Below, piece after piece: positions 1-8,464 of a DNA stretch of 22,168 bases. The stretch comes from Candidatus Caldarchaeum sp. (lineage in GTDB: Archaea > Thermoproteota > Nitrososphaeria_A > Caldarchaeales > Caldarchaeaceae): the NCBI GenBank assembly GCA_038831915.1, contig JAWBKB010000023.1, forward strand, positions 1 through 22,168. The letters are read 5' to 3'. Position 1 is the stretch's first letter. The number at the start of each line of letters is the position of its first letter. Below the pieces are notes generated by a model that was given only the letters and a program-made list of their open reading frames with translations, was not told the origin of the DNA and ran no database searches. The translations under genes and the position numbers were made by a program.

Positions 1-343
1 AAATGCTGAGCAGAGCTTCCGCGGGATAAACATCCATCTTAAGAAAATGCTCTTGCGTAACCGATTCGGCGTATTTCTCGAGTTTATTAAAATCGAGACA
101 CACAAGTAATACGGCGGCCGCCTGTCTAATCGCTTCCGTGCCACATATATCAAACGTGTTCTCCAACAACTCGTTTGACTTTATCCAAATCACAGAATAA
201 GCCTGAAAATAGCAGGGCGCCGACTGTCCGGCTTCAACTATCATTTGAAGAACTTCTTCACTGATGGTTGATTTTCTAAAACGCCTGATAGACCTGCGAG
301 AAGTCAGCAACCCTAATACGCTTTGCTCTATTCTACGTTTCAA
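1..343 (-). CDS. Nitroreductase family (NfsA-like) flavoprotein, 3' end outside the window
   Basis: Not in the ORF track. Manual translation from TTG at 343 gives MKRRIEQSVLGLLTSRRSIRRFRKSTISEEVLQMIVEAGQSAPCYFQAYSVIWI...AAAVLLVCLDFNKL, open to position 1. It has the RRSIRxF FMN-binding motif and the A-P..Q.YS motif. Confidence 0.85.
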   Translation of the reverse strand, partial: MKRRIEQSVLGLLTSRRSIRRFRKSTISEEVLQMIVEAGQSAPCYFQAYSVIWIKSNELLENTFDICGTEAIRQAAAVLLVCLDFNKLEKYAESVTQEHFLKMDVYPAEALLSI

Positions 344-353
344 CAGAAATATG

Positions 354-372
354 AAGAAAAAAGGGTTTTTTT
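354..372 (-). terminator. Putative oligo-T terminator downstream of ftsZ
   Basis: The minus strand reads TTTTTTCTT (362-354) about 15 nt after the ftsZ TAA. The plus strand reads A6-GGG-T7. Confidence 0.4.
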
Positions 373-376
373 GGTT

Positions 377-1462
377 TTAGTGATACGACGCCACGGGCTT
401 TATGCCGAGTTGTTCGAGGATTTTTTCGATGTCTTCGCCGGTTTCCTCGTTGATTCGTTGGTCTACTGACGTCGGCGTGACTTCGTTGATCTCGACTATC
501 TGCTCTGCTGATGAGAGACCTGTGAGGATCAGAGACACCTGCATAGTGGCGTTGTACGAATCATCTATCCGGGCTCCCCAAATCACCAATCCGTCTTCAC
601 CCATCAGCTCGGAGACAATTTCAGCTGGCCGCGCGGCTTCAGCGAGCTGCATATCATCGCCTCCGCAAACGTGGACGATGGCTCCGGAAAGGCCTTCGTA
701 GGACGCGTCGAGAAGCGGCGATTGCAACGCGTTGAACGTCGCTTCTTCAGCCCGGTTGGGCGATGACGAACGACCTATGCCGAGTGATGCAAGCTTGCCG
801 CGGCCAACAATTGTCTTAAAGTCTTCGTAGTCGATGTTGATGAGTCCTGGCTTGGCAATTGACTCGGTTATGCTCTGTATCATGTTGCTGATGATTTCGT
901 CGGCGAGGTTGAATGCTCTTCGGAGGTTGTGCTGCGGATAGAGTTCGAGCAGCTTGTTGTTGTCGATGACCACGGACGTGTTGGTGTATTTCTTCAGCTC
1001 TTCAAGCCCCGCTAACGCGATCTTCTTCCTCACCTGTCCTTCAAACCCGAACGGAAGAGAAACGACTCCGACAACGGTCGCGCCCTCTTCCCGAGCTATT
1101 CGAGCAACAACTGGTGCGCCGCCGGTTCCAGTTCCTCCACCGAGGCCCGCTGCGAGAAAAACGATGTCAGCGCCTTCCAAAGCTCTACGAATCTCTTCCT
1201 CGGATTCTTCAGCTGCTTTTCGGCCGCGTATAGGGTCGCCGCCAGCCCCTCTCAGCCGAGTTACGGATTTTCCCAGCAGCAGTTTTTTGTCCGACTTTAT
1301 CATGTCGAGATGCTGGAGGTCAGTGTTGGCGGCGATGGTGTAAACTCCGGATAAGCCAGCGAGGTTTAGCCGGTTGACGGTGTTGCACCCCGCTCCTCCT
1401 ACTCCTATCAGCTTGATGCGAATTTCTTCAGTCGTTTGATTCAATTCATCAACGCTACTCAC
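377..1462 (-). CDS. ftsZ: Cell division protein FtsZ (FtsZ2-like by gene context)
   Basis: Has GVGGAGCN, NTD, GAGG, the tubulin signature GGGTGTG and T7 loop NIDYED. GTG start preceded by GGAGGT (1476-1471). Confidence 0.97.
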   Translation of the reverse strand: MSSVDELNQTTEEIRIKLIGVGGAGCNTVNRLNLAGLSGVYTIAANTDLQHLDMIKSDKKLLLGKSVTRLRGAGGDPIRGRKAAEESEEEIRRALEGADIVFLAAGLGGGTGTGGAPVVARIAREEGATVVGVVSLPFGFEGQVRKKIALAGLEELKKYTNTSVVIDNNKLLELYPQHNLRRAFNLADEIISNMIQSITESIAKPGLINIDYEDFKTIVGRGKLASLGIGRSSSPNRAEEATFNALQSPLLDASYEGLSGAIVHVCGGDDMQLAEAARPAEIVSELMGEDGLVIWGARIDDSYNATMQVSLILTGLSSAEQIVEINEVTPTSVDQRINEETGEDIEKILEQLGIKPVASYH

Positions 1463-1601
1463 TTATCTGGACCTCCGTCCGGATGAAGTCGCGAAGGGCC
1501 ATGCGGATGGCTTCGGCGCGGTTTGGATACAGCCTGCGTTTGACCAGTTCGTCGATGGCCTGAAGGTATGGTTCTGGTAGGTGAACCGTTACTACTTTCA
1601 T
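1455..1601 (-). CDS. cdrS: Ribbon-helix-helix transcription factor, CdrS-like (48 aa)
   Basis: Below the ORF-track cutoff. ATG 1601 to TAG 1455 gives MKVVTVHLPEPYLQAIDELVKRRLYPNRAEAIRMALRDFIRTEVQISE, with an alternating beta strand and PNRxEAIR motif. GAGGTGA SD at 1615-1609; overlaps the ftsZ start by 8 nt. Confidence 0.88.
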   Translation of the reverse strand: MKVVTVHLPEPYLQAIDELVKRRLYPNRAEAIRMALRDFIRTEVQISE

Positions 1602-1643
1602 TCTTTCATCACCTCATTCTTTGTCCACGGCTCAGAATGTTGA

Positions 1644-1674
1644 TGGTTATAACGTTTGGTAATACGTGCGTATT
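1644..1674. promoter_or_regulatory. Candidate cdrS-ftsZ promoter (TTATAA) with adjacent inverted repeat
   Basis: Palindrome GTTATAAC at 1646-1653 and perfect inverted repeat AATACG-TG-CGTATT at 1661-1674, 45-73 nt upstream of the RHH ATG. Confidence 0.45.
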
Positions 1675-1789
1675 TGTTTCCCCGAGATTTCGGCGGCATT
1701 TTCATCGAAGACACTGACAAAAAATGGTGAAAAACATCATGGGAACATTAAAATTAATCACAATTTGATTATGATGAAAATAGGCAGCA

Positions 1790-2167
1790 TTGGTGAACAG
1801 GGAAGAGTTCTACGAGGAAATTCGAAAAGTTCTTCTAAATCTGGTGGATGAGTCATCGGAAGAAGTCGTGGTTCTCGTGGAAGGGCCTCGGGATGAACAA
1901 ACTCTGCGGCACATCGGCATACGTGGAAAAGTTCTTCACGCCAGCAGAGCAGAGCACCTCTTGGAACAAATGCCCAAGCCTTCAAAGATTATTTTGCTGT
2001 ATGACTTTGATGAAGAAGGTCTAAAAAATTTGAGAAAAATGTCGAATCTGCTAAAGTTGCGTGGATACCGTGTCGACGAAACATATTACCGCAAGCTACG
2101 CAAACTGAAGCGACTAGGAATCAACACGGTCGAAGGAATCAAAACACTGATGCCCGACCTCGGCTAA
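1790..2167 (+). CDS. Small Toprim-domain protein (primase/RNase M5-like, UPF0292-type)
   Basis: Toprim motifs VLVEGPRD and LLYDFDEEG (E and DxD); 125 aa. Start is TTG 1790 or GTG 1793. Confidence 0.85.
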   Translation: MVNREEFYEEIRKVLLNLVDESSEEVVVLVEGPRDEQTLRHIGIRGKVLHASRAEHLLEQMPKPSKIILLYDFDEEGLKNLRKMSNLLKLRGYRVDETYYRKLRKLKRLGINTVEGIKTLMPDLG

Positions 2168-2248
2168 AATTATCGGCCGCCTTTCCTACGAAAACTATGT
2201 CGGAAGCTCGCGGTTAAAATAAATATTTTTGTTCAAACATATGATGCC

Positions 2249-3027
2249 GTGAAGAACTTAGGGAAAAAAATTAGGATGAATAACATTTTCAGAGAGGACG
2301 GCAGAACTTTGATTTTCGCGTTTGACCATGGTGCTTTCATGGATCCGACCAAGGGTATGGAAAAGCCGGGCCAGATTCTTGCTCAAGTTATTGAAGGCGT
2401 GCCGATGCGGTGATGACGACTGTGGGAGTAATAAAGACATACGCAGCTTCTTTTGCGAGAAAAGGCCTTGGATGGATTTTAACGGTGCTCGACCGATCTC
2501 CTCAAACAGCGGAAAAAAGTGTTTCACTTGCTTCGAAGCTGGGCGTGGACGCTGTCAAGTTTTTCGTCACCATGGGCGGTGAGACCGAGCGAAACGACCT
2601 TGAAATTCTCTGGGCTTTGACGACTGTAGCCGAAGAATACGGCATGCCTGTTTTAGCCGGAATGTATCCAATCAAAACCGAGAAGAACCCAGACCCTCTT
2701 TCAGCGGAAAACATCAAAAAAGTTTCGAGAATAGGAGCCGAATACGGCGCCGACTTTATCAAAACTTTTTACACGGGGTCAGTGGAAAGTTTTCGAACAG
2801 TTGTTTCAGCATGTCCCGTTCCCGTAGTAGTGCTTGGCTGTGAAAAAACAGCTTCCGACCTCGACTTGCTTCATGCAGTATTTTACAGTGTCAGGGCTGG
2901 AGGAGCTGGAGCCGCGATAGGCCGCAACATTTTCGACCACGTGAACCCGAAAGCCATGATGAAAGCTCTTTCCATGGTTATACATGACGCAGTAGCCCCT
3001 GAGCAGGCTCTCGCCCAAGTAAAGTGA
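2249..3027 (+). pseudogene. Class I DhnA/LsrF-type aldolase, split by a -1 frameshift at about 2399
   Basis: GTG 2249 frame gives MKNLGKKIRMNNIFREDGRTLIFAFDHG...QVIEG, then stops at 2411-2413. The continuation ADAVMTT...GADFIKTFYTG (Schiff-base Lys)...GAAIGRNIF lies in the -1 frame (ORF 2410..3027). Confidence 0.8.
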
Positions 3028-3051
3028 ATTAAACACACATAGTCCGACATT

Positions 3052-5109
3052 TCAGCCTTCCTCAACATCGGTTATCTTAGGCAGTGCTGTGGAAGCCACT
3101 TTGATGACTGTGAATTCTTCGTTGATGATTCGCTGGTAAAGAGATTCGTCTAGGCTGAATTCTTTGAAGAATTTTCTCAACGCGGGGTTGAGGATTTTCT
3201 CGTCTCGCTGGCTGAGCTGACGATGTTCCACCACTAGTTCCTTGTAGTATTTTGTTTTAAAGAGTTTTGATATTTGCTGGAACGGTTTTTCCGGCAAAGT
3301 TTGCTTGAGGATGTCGAGTGTTATTTTCTTCATGTCTTTGAACTTGTTGTAAGCTGTTTCGTCTATCTGGCCCTGGAGAAAAAGACCTTTGAGGTAGCTT
3401 TTCACGTCGCTGACTGGGGGCTGTAATCCAATTCTCCACCGCTCAACATGCCCACGCACGTAGATTATTCCACCTACCATTCCCGTCGCAACGTATCTCC
3501 CGACCAAGCATTCATCTGTATGTAACGCATCTAAGCCGAGCACAGCTATCACTCCTCCGGCCATGTATTCGCCTAAGTAGTCGTCGACTCGGCCACCTAT
3601 GATGAGGTAAGGCCTGTTTTCGAGATATTGACGCATCTGAATTCCTACGCGGTTTCCCGCACTTCCTCTGACGAATATTTCGCCTCCTTGAAAAGCTTGG
3701 GCCAGAACGTCTCCAGCGTTTCCATGGATGATTACGCGGCCGTCGTGCATGGCGTCTGCGACGTCGTCCTGAGAATCTCCATATACCACGATTTCGCCGC
3801 CTTTGTTGAAGTTGGCTAAACAGTTTCCAGGTGTTCCGTAGAGGTTGAGCCTGCATCCTTTCGGCACGTTGATTCCGAGGTAGCGGTGGCCGTTGACGTT
3901 GACCACGTTAACCTCCTTAACACCTTTTTGAAAAAGCTGAGAGACAAGGCTGTTGACCTGGCTGTAACCGAGGCCATACGCGTCAATAAAGTCGCCAGCC
4001 ACAGTCCGCTTTTCAACGACGGGGAAGAAAGCTGCAACGTGTTCACGACCAGGCTCGATGACCCCTCTTTTCATCGACGCGAGGAAAATCCCTCCGGGTT
4101 TGACAGTCCATGTTCTCGCTTCCTCCGAAAGCGCTCTTATTTCGGCTTCTTCGCTCGCGACGTAAATTCTTCCACTGTCTTCCCCTACGACGAGTGGTCG
4201 GAACTTCGACCGGTCGGCCATCGCGAGCATGTAAACATCATCGCCGTCGCAGTATCCTGCAACCACGCTGAAGGGCCCGTCGAGCCATGCACCTCTTCCC
4301 CAAACATAATCATGTAAGCTAATGCCTGCTTCGCCGTTGATGATCTCGTCTTCGAACGGGTTTACGATTGCTTTCGCGGCTTTTTCGAGTGGGATGTGTT
4401 TGATGTTGGTTAGGTAGTCTAGGATGTATACGATGAGTTCGCTGTCGGTGCCGACGAAGCTTCTGAACCCACGGTTTTTGATGAACTCCATGTTGGCTCC
4501 GAAGCTGCTGATGTCGCCGTTGTGTGCGATGGCCCATTCGTGGCTGGAAAAGGGATGAGACCAAATTGGATAAAAGCCGGGTGAATTGGTTGGCTGACGG
4601 GTGTGGGCTATCCACAAATCCGCCTCGATTTGCCTTTCGACCAGGCCATACCTGTTGCAGACGTCGACTGGATAACCAACACCTTTGAAAACTTCAACAA
4701 ACCGGCCCCACGAATACACACGCCCCTTTATTCCGGCGTTCAGCAATTCATAGTTCAGACGGTCGACCGATTTCCTCAACAAATTTTCCGCGGCTTCGAC
4801 ATAAGCCGTCCACGAGCCAAAACCGTTTCCGAGCGGAATTTCAAAAACCGCGTCAACTATGTTTGCTTTAGCGTAATCCATTAACACCTGTTTGACGTGT
4901 TCAACTGCTTCTAACGAGTTGACGAAAACTTTCACCTTATTGTATCCGTTTTGTGAATTGTCGAGGTTGTATGCGGCAAAACCCGCTCCATACCTGCTTC
5001 CCCGGTATCGGACGCACTCAATCGACGACAGGGTTTCTTCGGCCCTGATTTTCGACGCGGCTTCTTTTCTTAAAATCCCCAGTATGCCACAACCAGAAAT
5101 GACGCGCAT
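3052..5109 (-). CDS. gltB: Archaeal glutamate synthase subunit: class II (Ntn) glutamine amidotransferase fused to the C-terminal GXGXG domain (GltB1+GltB3)
   Basis: N-terminal SG|CGI nucleophile Cys, HTRQPT, HPF, AHNGDI and TDSE motifs, then GXGXG beta-helix repeats (GNAGD, GSAGNRVG, DYLGEYMAGG). Confidence 0.9.
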   Translation of the reverse strand: MRVISGCGILGILRKEAASKIRAEETLSSIECVRYRGSRYGAGFAAYNLDNSQNGYNKVKVFVNSLEAVEHVKQVLMDYAKANIVDAVFEIPLGNGFGSWTAYVEAAENLLRKSVDRLNYELLNAGIKGRVYSWGRFVEVFKGVGYPVDVCNRYGLVERQIEADLWIAHTRQPTNSPGFYPIWSHPFSSHEWAIAHNGDISSFGANMEFIKNRGFRSFVGTDSELIVYILDYLTNIKHIPLEKAAKAIVNPFEDEIINGEAGISLHDYVWGRGAWLDGPFSVVAGYCDGDDVYMLAMADRSKFRPLVVGEDSGRIYVASEEAEIRALSEEARTWTVKPGGIFLASMKRGVIEPGREHVAAFFPVVEKRTVAGDFIDAYGLGYSQVNSLVSQLFQKGVKEVNVVNVNGHRYLGINVPKGCRLNLYGTPGNCLANFNKGGEIVVYGDSQDDVADAMHDGRVIIHGNAGDVLAQAFQGGEIFVRGSAGNRVGIQMRQYLENRPYLIIGGRVDDYLGEYMAGGVIAVLGLDALHTDECLVGRYVATGMVGGIIYVRGHVERWRIGLQPPVSDVKSYLKGLFLQGQIDETAYNKFKDMKKITLDILKQTLPEKPFQQISKLFKTKYYKELVVEHRQLSQRDEKILNPALRKFFKEFSLDESLYQRIINEEFTVIKVASTALPKITDVEEG

Positions 5110-5111
5110 GT

Positions 5112-6083
5112 TTACCCTACTCCCGCTTGTTTGACTCCGAGCTTCTGCCTCAGACTTTTCTCGAGTTCGACCGCTCTCAGAAGTTCGCGGTTTCCCACGA
5201 GTGAGTTGAAAATACTGCTTACCCCCGCTGCGCCGGCGAGGAGCTTCAACTCTCGCTGAATACCGACGAGCAGGTTTTCCACTCTTTCGCGGAGAACGTC
5301 GCCGAATATCTTGTGTTCGGGGTAACCGACCGCATATTCGACTGCTTTTGAAATCACGACCGCGTCCGCGCCGAGGGCCACGAGTTTATAGATGTCGTCA
5401 GAACCTCTGACACTCCATCCCCCCGCTACGACGCTGACTTCATTCCTCAAACCCATCGCACGTAGCTCCTGGTCGAGAACAGAAATTCCGACTTCGAGAG
5501 GGGTTCCGCCGCCGATTTCCTCATCGATGTAAACTCCATCCAACCCCAGCTCGGCAGCATGCTTCAGCCACGGGTATTTCTCCATAGGGGATGTTTTGAC
5601 GAAAACCGGGCCCTCAAGCTTCCTCATCCCATAGAAGTTTGACACGTATCCAGCATATCCTCCCTTCGCTGAAAGTCGGGCGTCGGCAAGCAACACCTCC
5701 CCGTATTTTTGATATTTTTCACATTCTGTTTCACTTGCGTCAACAAGTATGCCCATGCAGTATCCTGCTTGGATGATTGGTTCGGAAAACGGAGGCGGAT
5801 GGTTTAGATGTAGCTTGATTACGACGGGCATGGATAGTCGGATTTTTCCACGGCAGAGGCAGACATGTGTTTCGACTGGTTCGCGGTATGGGTCTATACT
5901 TGGCCGTGTTACTTGGGCTCCGTCGCTGACCAGCCTGTCACGGATGAGAAGCGGTTCCTCAACATATGGAGGGCCTGTGCTTCCCATGCTTGAAATAGGC
6001 GGCTCGGCTGGCATTCTTCCAACCGTTCCAGCCATTTCCTGCAGATGTCTAACTCTGTCAACCGTCCACCCAAAATTTATCAA
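5112..6083 (-). CDS. Glutamate synthase-related FMN-barrel paralog lacking the Fe-S cysteines
   Basis: Has [27 protein letters not shown] and [14 protein letters not shown]. Lacks GQGAKPG and CX5CX4C. TTG start overlaps the upstream TGA (TTGA). Confidence 0.8.
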   Translation of the reverse strand: MINFGWTVDRVRHLQEMAGTVGRMPAEPPISSMGSTGPPYVEEPLLIRDRLVSDGAQVTRPSIDPYREPVETHVCLCRGKIRLSMPVVIKLHLNHPPPFSEPIIQAGYCMGILVDASETECEKYQKYGEVLLADARLSAKGGYAGYVSNFYGMRKLEGPVFVKTSPMEKYPWLKHAAELGLDGVYIDEEIGGGTPLEVGISVLDQELRAMGLRNEVSVVAGGWSVRGSDDIYKLVALGADAVVISKAVEYAVGYPEHKIFGDVLRERVENLLVGIQRELKLLAGAAGVSSIFNSLVGNRELLRAVELEKSLRQKLGVKQAGVG

Positions 6084-7339
6084 ACTGCTTCAACTCCGAT
6101 GAGACTAAGCTCTTCGGAATCGACGCCGAAACCCGTCAAAAGGTCTTTCCGGCCTCTAAGCTCCTTAACCGATGAAACACCGATTTCTTCCATCATGAGC
6201 TGCATTTCGGCTGTCCATCCACGAACCATGTTCGCCACCCATCTGGTTGCGGTTTCAAGTGAGAGAAGCTTGACGGGGTTTTCTTCGATTTTGTTGGTTA
6301 TGACGGCTGGGCAGAAACCGAGATGACATTTGTGAACCATGACGCATCCCATCGCTATCAACGGCGCGGTTCCAAGCGAAACAACGTCAGCTCCCAACGC
6401 AATCAGTTTAGCCGAATCCTCCGCGCTGCTCACCCTTCCAGCCGCAACCACGGTAAATCCTTCACGCAAACCTTCACGGCGAAGAATCATATCGACGACG
6501 GGGACCGCAATTTCTATCGGCAGCCCCACGTTATTCCTAATAACTTTAGGGGACGCGCCTGTCCCCGCTCCGTGCCCATCCATGATTATGCCGTCGGCGC
6601 CCATTCTCGCTACTCCTGAAGCGATGTAAGCGATGTAGTTGGTTACGCCGACTTTGACGAACACGGGTTTCCCAGTTGCTTCTTTCAACGCGTGAATTCG
6701 CTGACCGAGGTCTTCGATGGAATAGATGTCGTGATGAGGAGCGGGTGAAATCGCGTCGATACCTATTGGGATGCGACGTGTCTCCGAAATTGGTTTCGTA
6801 ACTTTAACTCCAGGAAGATGACCTCCTATTCCCGGTTTCGCTCCCTGCCCGATTTTAATCACGATGCCGAGACCTGTGTTCAACACGTCGATATCGACGC
6901 CGAACCGGGCGGAAGCCCACTGAACCGTAATTCGTTTACATTTTCTCACTTCTGGATGAAGGCCTCCTTCACCCGTTCCCGTCACGATTCCCGTCAAATC
7001 CGCGGCCCTAGCTAATGCGATGTTCGGCACACCGCTCAAAGCTCCGAAAGACATGTCGCCTAGATACAGCGGCGAAGTCATCTCTATTCGTCCATAAGCC
7101 ATCTCAGTGGATGTGTCGACATCACGTGGTTTACGTATTGCCGGTGATGGTTTTTCAAGCTCGGCTTTGAAGCGAAGCCTGTCCAAAAGCCGTCGTGAAA
7201 AATGTTTGGCTCTATCCCAGACCGTTACCGGTTCGCCGAACCTCGCCAACATCCGAATATGCTCAATTCTTTGAATGTTCCAGAATTCGGGCCCTTCCTG
7301 CTTCGGCACGGGCAGGTATTGTTCGACGAGCTTCGGCGT
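6080..7339 (-). CDS. gltB: Glutamate synthase FMN/[3Fe-4S] synthase subunit (GltB2); start is either ACG 7339 or GTG 7309
   Basis: Has [52 protein letters not shown] and [12 protein letters not shown] (CX5CX4C). GAGGTGA at 7352-7346 precedes an in-frame ACG. Confidence 0.92.
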   Translation of the reverse strand, partial: TPKLVEQYLPVPKQEGPEFWNIQRIEHIRMLARFGEPVTVWDRAKHFSRRLLDRLRFKAELEKPSPAIRKPRDVDTSTEMAYGRIEMTSPLYLGDMSFGALSGVPNIALARAADLTGIVTGTGEGGLHPEVRKCKRITVQWASARFGVDIDVLNTGLGIVIKIGQGAKPGIGGHLPGVKVTKPISETRRIPIGIDAISPAPHHDIYSIEDLGQRIHALKEATGKPVFVKVGVTNYIAYIASGVARMGADGIIMDGHGAGTGASPKVIRNNVGLPIEIAVPVVDMILRREGLREGFTVVAAGRVSSAEDSAKLIALGADVVSLGTAPLIAMGCVMVHKCHLGFCPAVITNKIEENPVKLLSLETATRWVANMVRGWTAEMQLMMEEIGVSSVKELRGRKDLLTGFGVDSEELSLIGVEAV

Positions 7340-7380
7340 CTTCTTTCACCTCTTCGTGGAATGATGGTGTCTAAAGGGCG

Positions 7381-7450
7381 ATATTTAATGATATAGTCGT
7401 CATATCTACAATCAAGACGTCTGCTTTCCGTAAAAAAGACGATTTATAAA
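7381..7450. promoter_or_regulatory. Divergent promoter region between the glt cluster and the AbrB/MraZ-like gene
   Basis: Minus-strand TTAAATAT at 7388-7381, about 30 nt before the gltB2 SD. Palindromic TTTATAAA at 7443-7450 is preceded by an A-rich BRE-like stretch. Confidence 0.5.
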
Positions 7451-7493
7451 AAGTCGGGTTAAACATATTTACCGGCAGACCGTTTTCAAGAAC

Positions 7494-7757
7494 GTGAAAA
7501 TACATCTAAAACTCGAATCCGACATTCCACTCACTTTAACAAAGTACGGTAAAGTCCGTCTTCCATCCAACGTTATTCCTCTGCTTTCCGGCGGCCGGAA
7601 AACCATCAATATCATCTACGGCGGAGACAAACATCAGCTTCGAATCGACCGATACGGCCGAGCCACGCTACCCGCCAGCATAGCTGAAGACAGCCGCGGC
7701 AAATCAAAAATGATAATCGAAATGAAAGACGGTGAAGTGACGCTCGAATTTCTGTAG
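7494..7757 (+). CDS. Small protein with two AbrB/MraZ-like swapped-hairpin motifs, putative DNA-binding protein
   Basis: LTKYGKVRLP and IDRYGRATLP both resemble the DxxGRxxxP motif; basic 87-aa protein with a TATA box upstream. Confidence 0.6.
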   Translation: MKIHLKLESDIPLTLTKYGKVRLPSNVIPLLSGGRKTINIIYGGDKHQLRIDRYGRATLPASIAEDSRGKSKMIIEMKDGEVTLEFL

Positions 7758-7759
7758 GT

Positions 7760-8461
7760 TTATCTTATTCCGAGAATGAATGATGCAGCTGTCGCTATGA
7801 GGATTACGCCGCTTATCTTGGGGAGTAGAGATGCGTGTTTTTTGAATTTCTGCTCTATCCCTGTGTATGCTTTGACGGCTAGCAAAGTTACGCCGACTAG
7901 CCCAGCCGCCACAGACGCGGCGTAAATGGTCATAAGGGTTAGTGGTTCGACGCCGCCGACAACGAAGGCGAGAAGCGCAAACTCTTCTTCATGGGCGAAT
8001 CCGAGGACGAAGGCGAATGCCGCGAGTCCCGACAGGCTGAGCGATGCTTTCTTGGAGTTGTAATGAGGGCGGCTATCTGTCATGTCGTTGGGATGCTTAT
8101 GCTCATGCAAGCGCCATCCGAAGTTTTCACGGAAATAGTCTTGTTGTTCATCATGGCTTTTTTCGAGGAGAAACTTGATTCCGAGGATAAGAAGCGCCGT
8201 TCCTGCAACATAGTTGACAAATGGTATGGTGAAGGATGTGAAAGTTTTGAGGATGACGTAGGCTCCGACGACGGCAAGCGATGAAATCAAGTGAAAGAAG
8301 GAGATTACCATACCGCCAGCGAAACCGCGAAGCAATGGATTTGAACTCCTTACCGCGTAGATCATCGCCACGGGCCAGCCGTGGCCCGGCTCCAACCCAT
8401 GCAAAAGACCAATCGCAGCCACAGCAAAATACGCAGGCTCAGCCATGATTACGTGAGACAT
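7760..8461 (-). CDS. Nickel/cobalt transporter-like membrane protein (RcnA/UreH/NiCoT superfamily)
   Basis: GLLHGLEPGHGW motif, about 6 hydrophobic segments, a His-containing central loop (HEHKHP) and GFAHEEE. Confidence 0.75.
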   Translation of the reverse strand: MSHVIMAEPAYFAVAAIGLLHGLEPGHGWPVAMIYAVRSSNPLLRGFAGGMVISFFHLISSLAVVGAYVILKTFTSFTIPFVNYVAGTALLILGIKFLLEKSHDEQQDYFRENFGWRLHEHKHPNDMTDSRPHYNSKKASLSLSGLAAFAFVLGFAHEEEFALLAFVVGGVEPLTLMTIYAASVAAGLVGVTLLAVKAYTGIEQKFKKHASLLPKISGVILIATAASFILGIR

Positions 8462-8464
8462 ATT

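Noticed and set aside
402-1343. Plus-strand ORFs opposite ftsZ, and the similar short antisense or off-frame ORFs throughout the track
   Set aside because: Ser/Pro/Arg-rich shadows of real genes with no motifs or start signals.
6076-6090. Frameshift splitting one fused glutamate synthase gene
   Set aside because: Tandem TGA TAA stops, a normal TTGA start/stop overlap and paralogous termini in both ORFs favour two genes.
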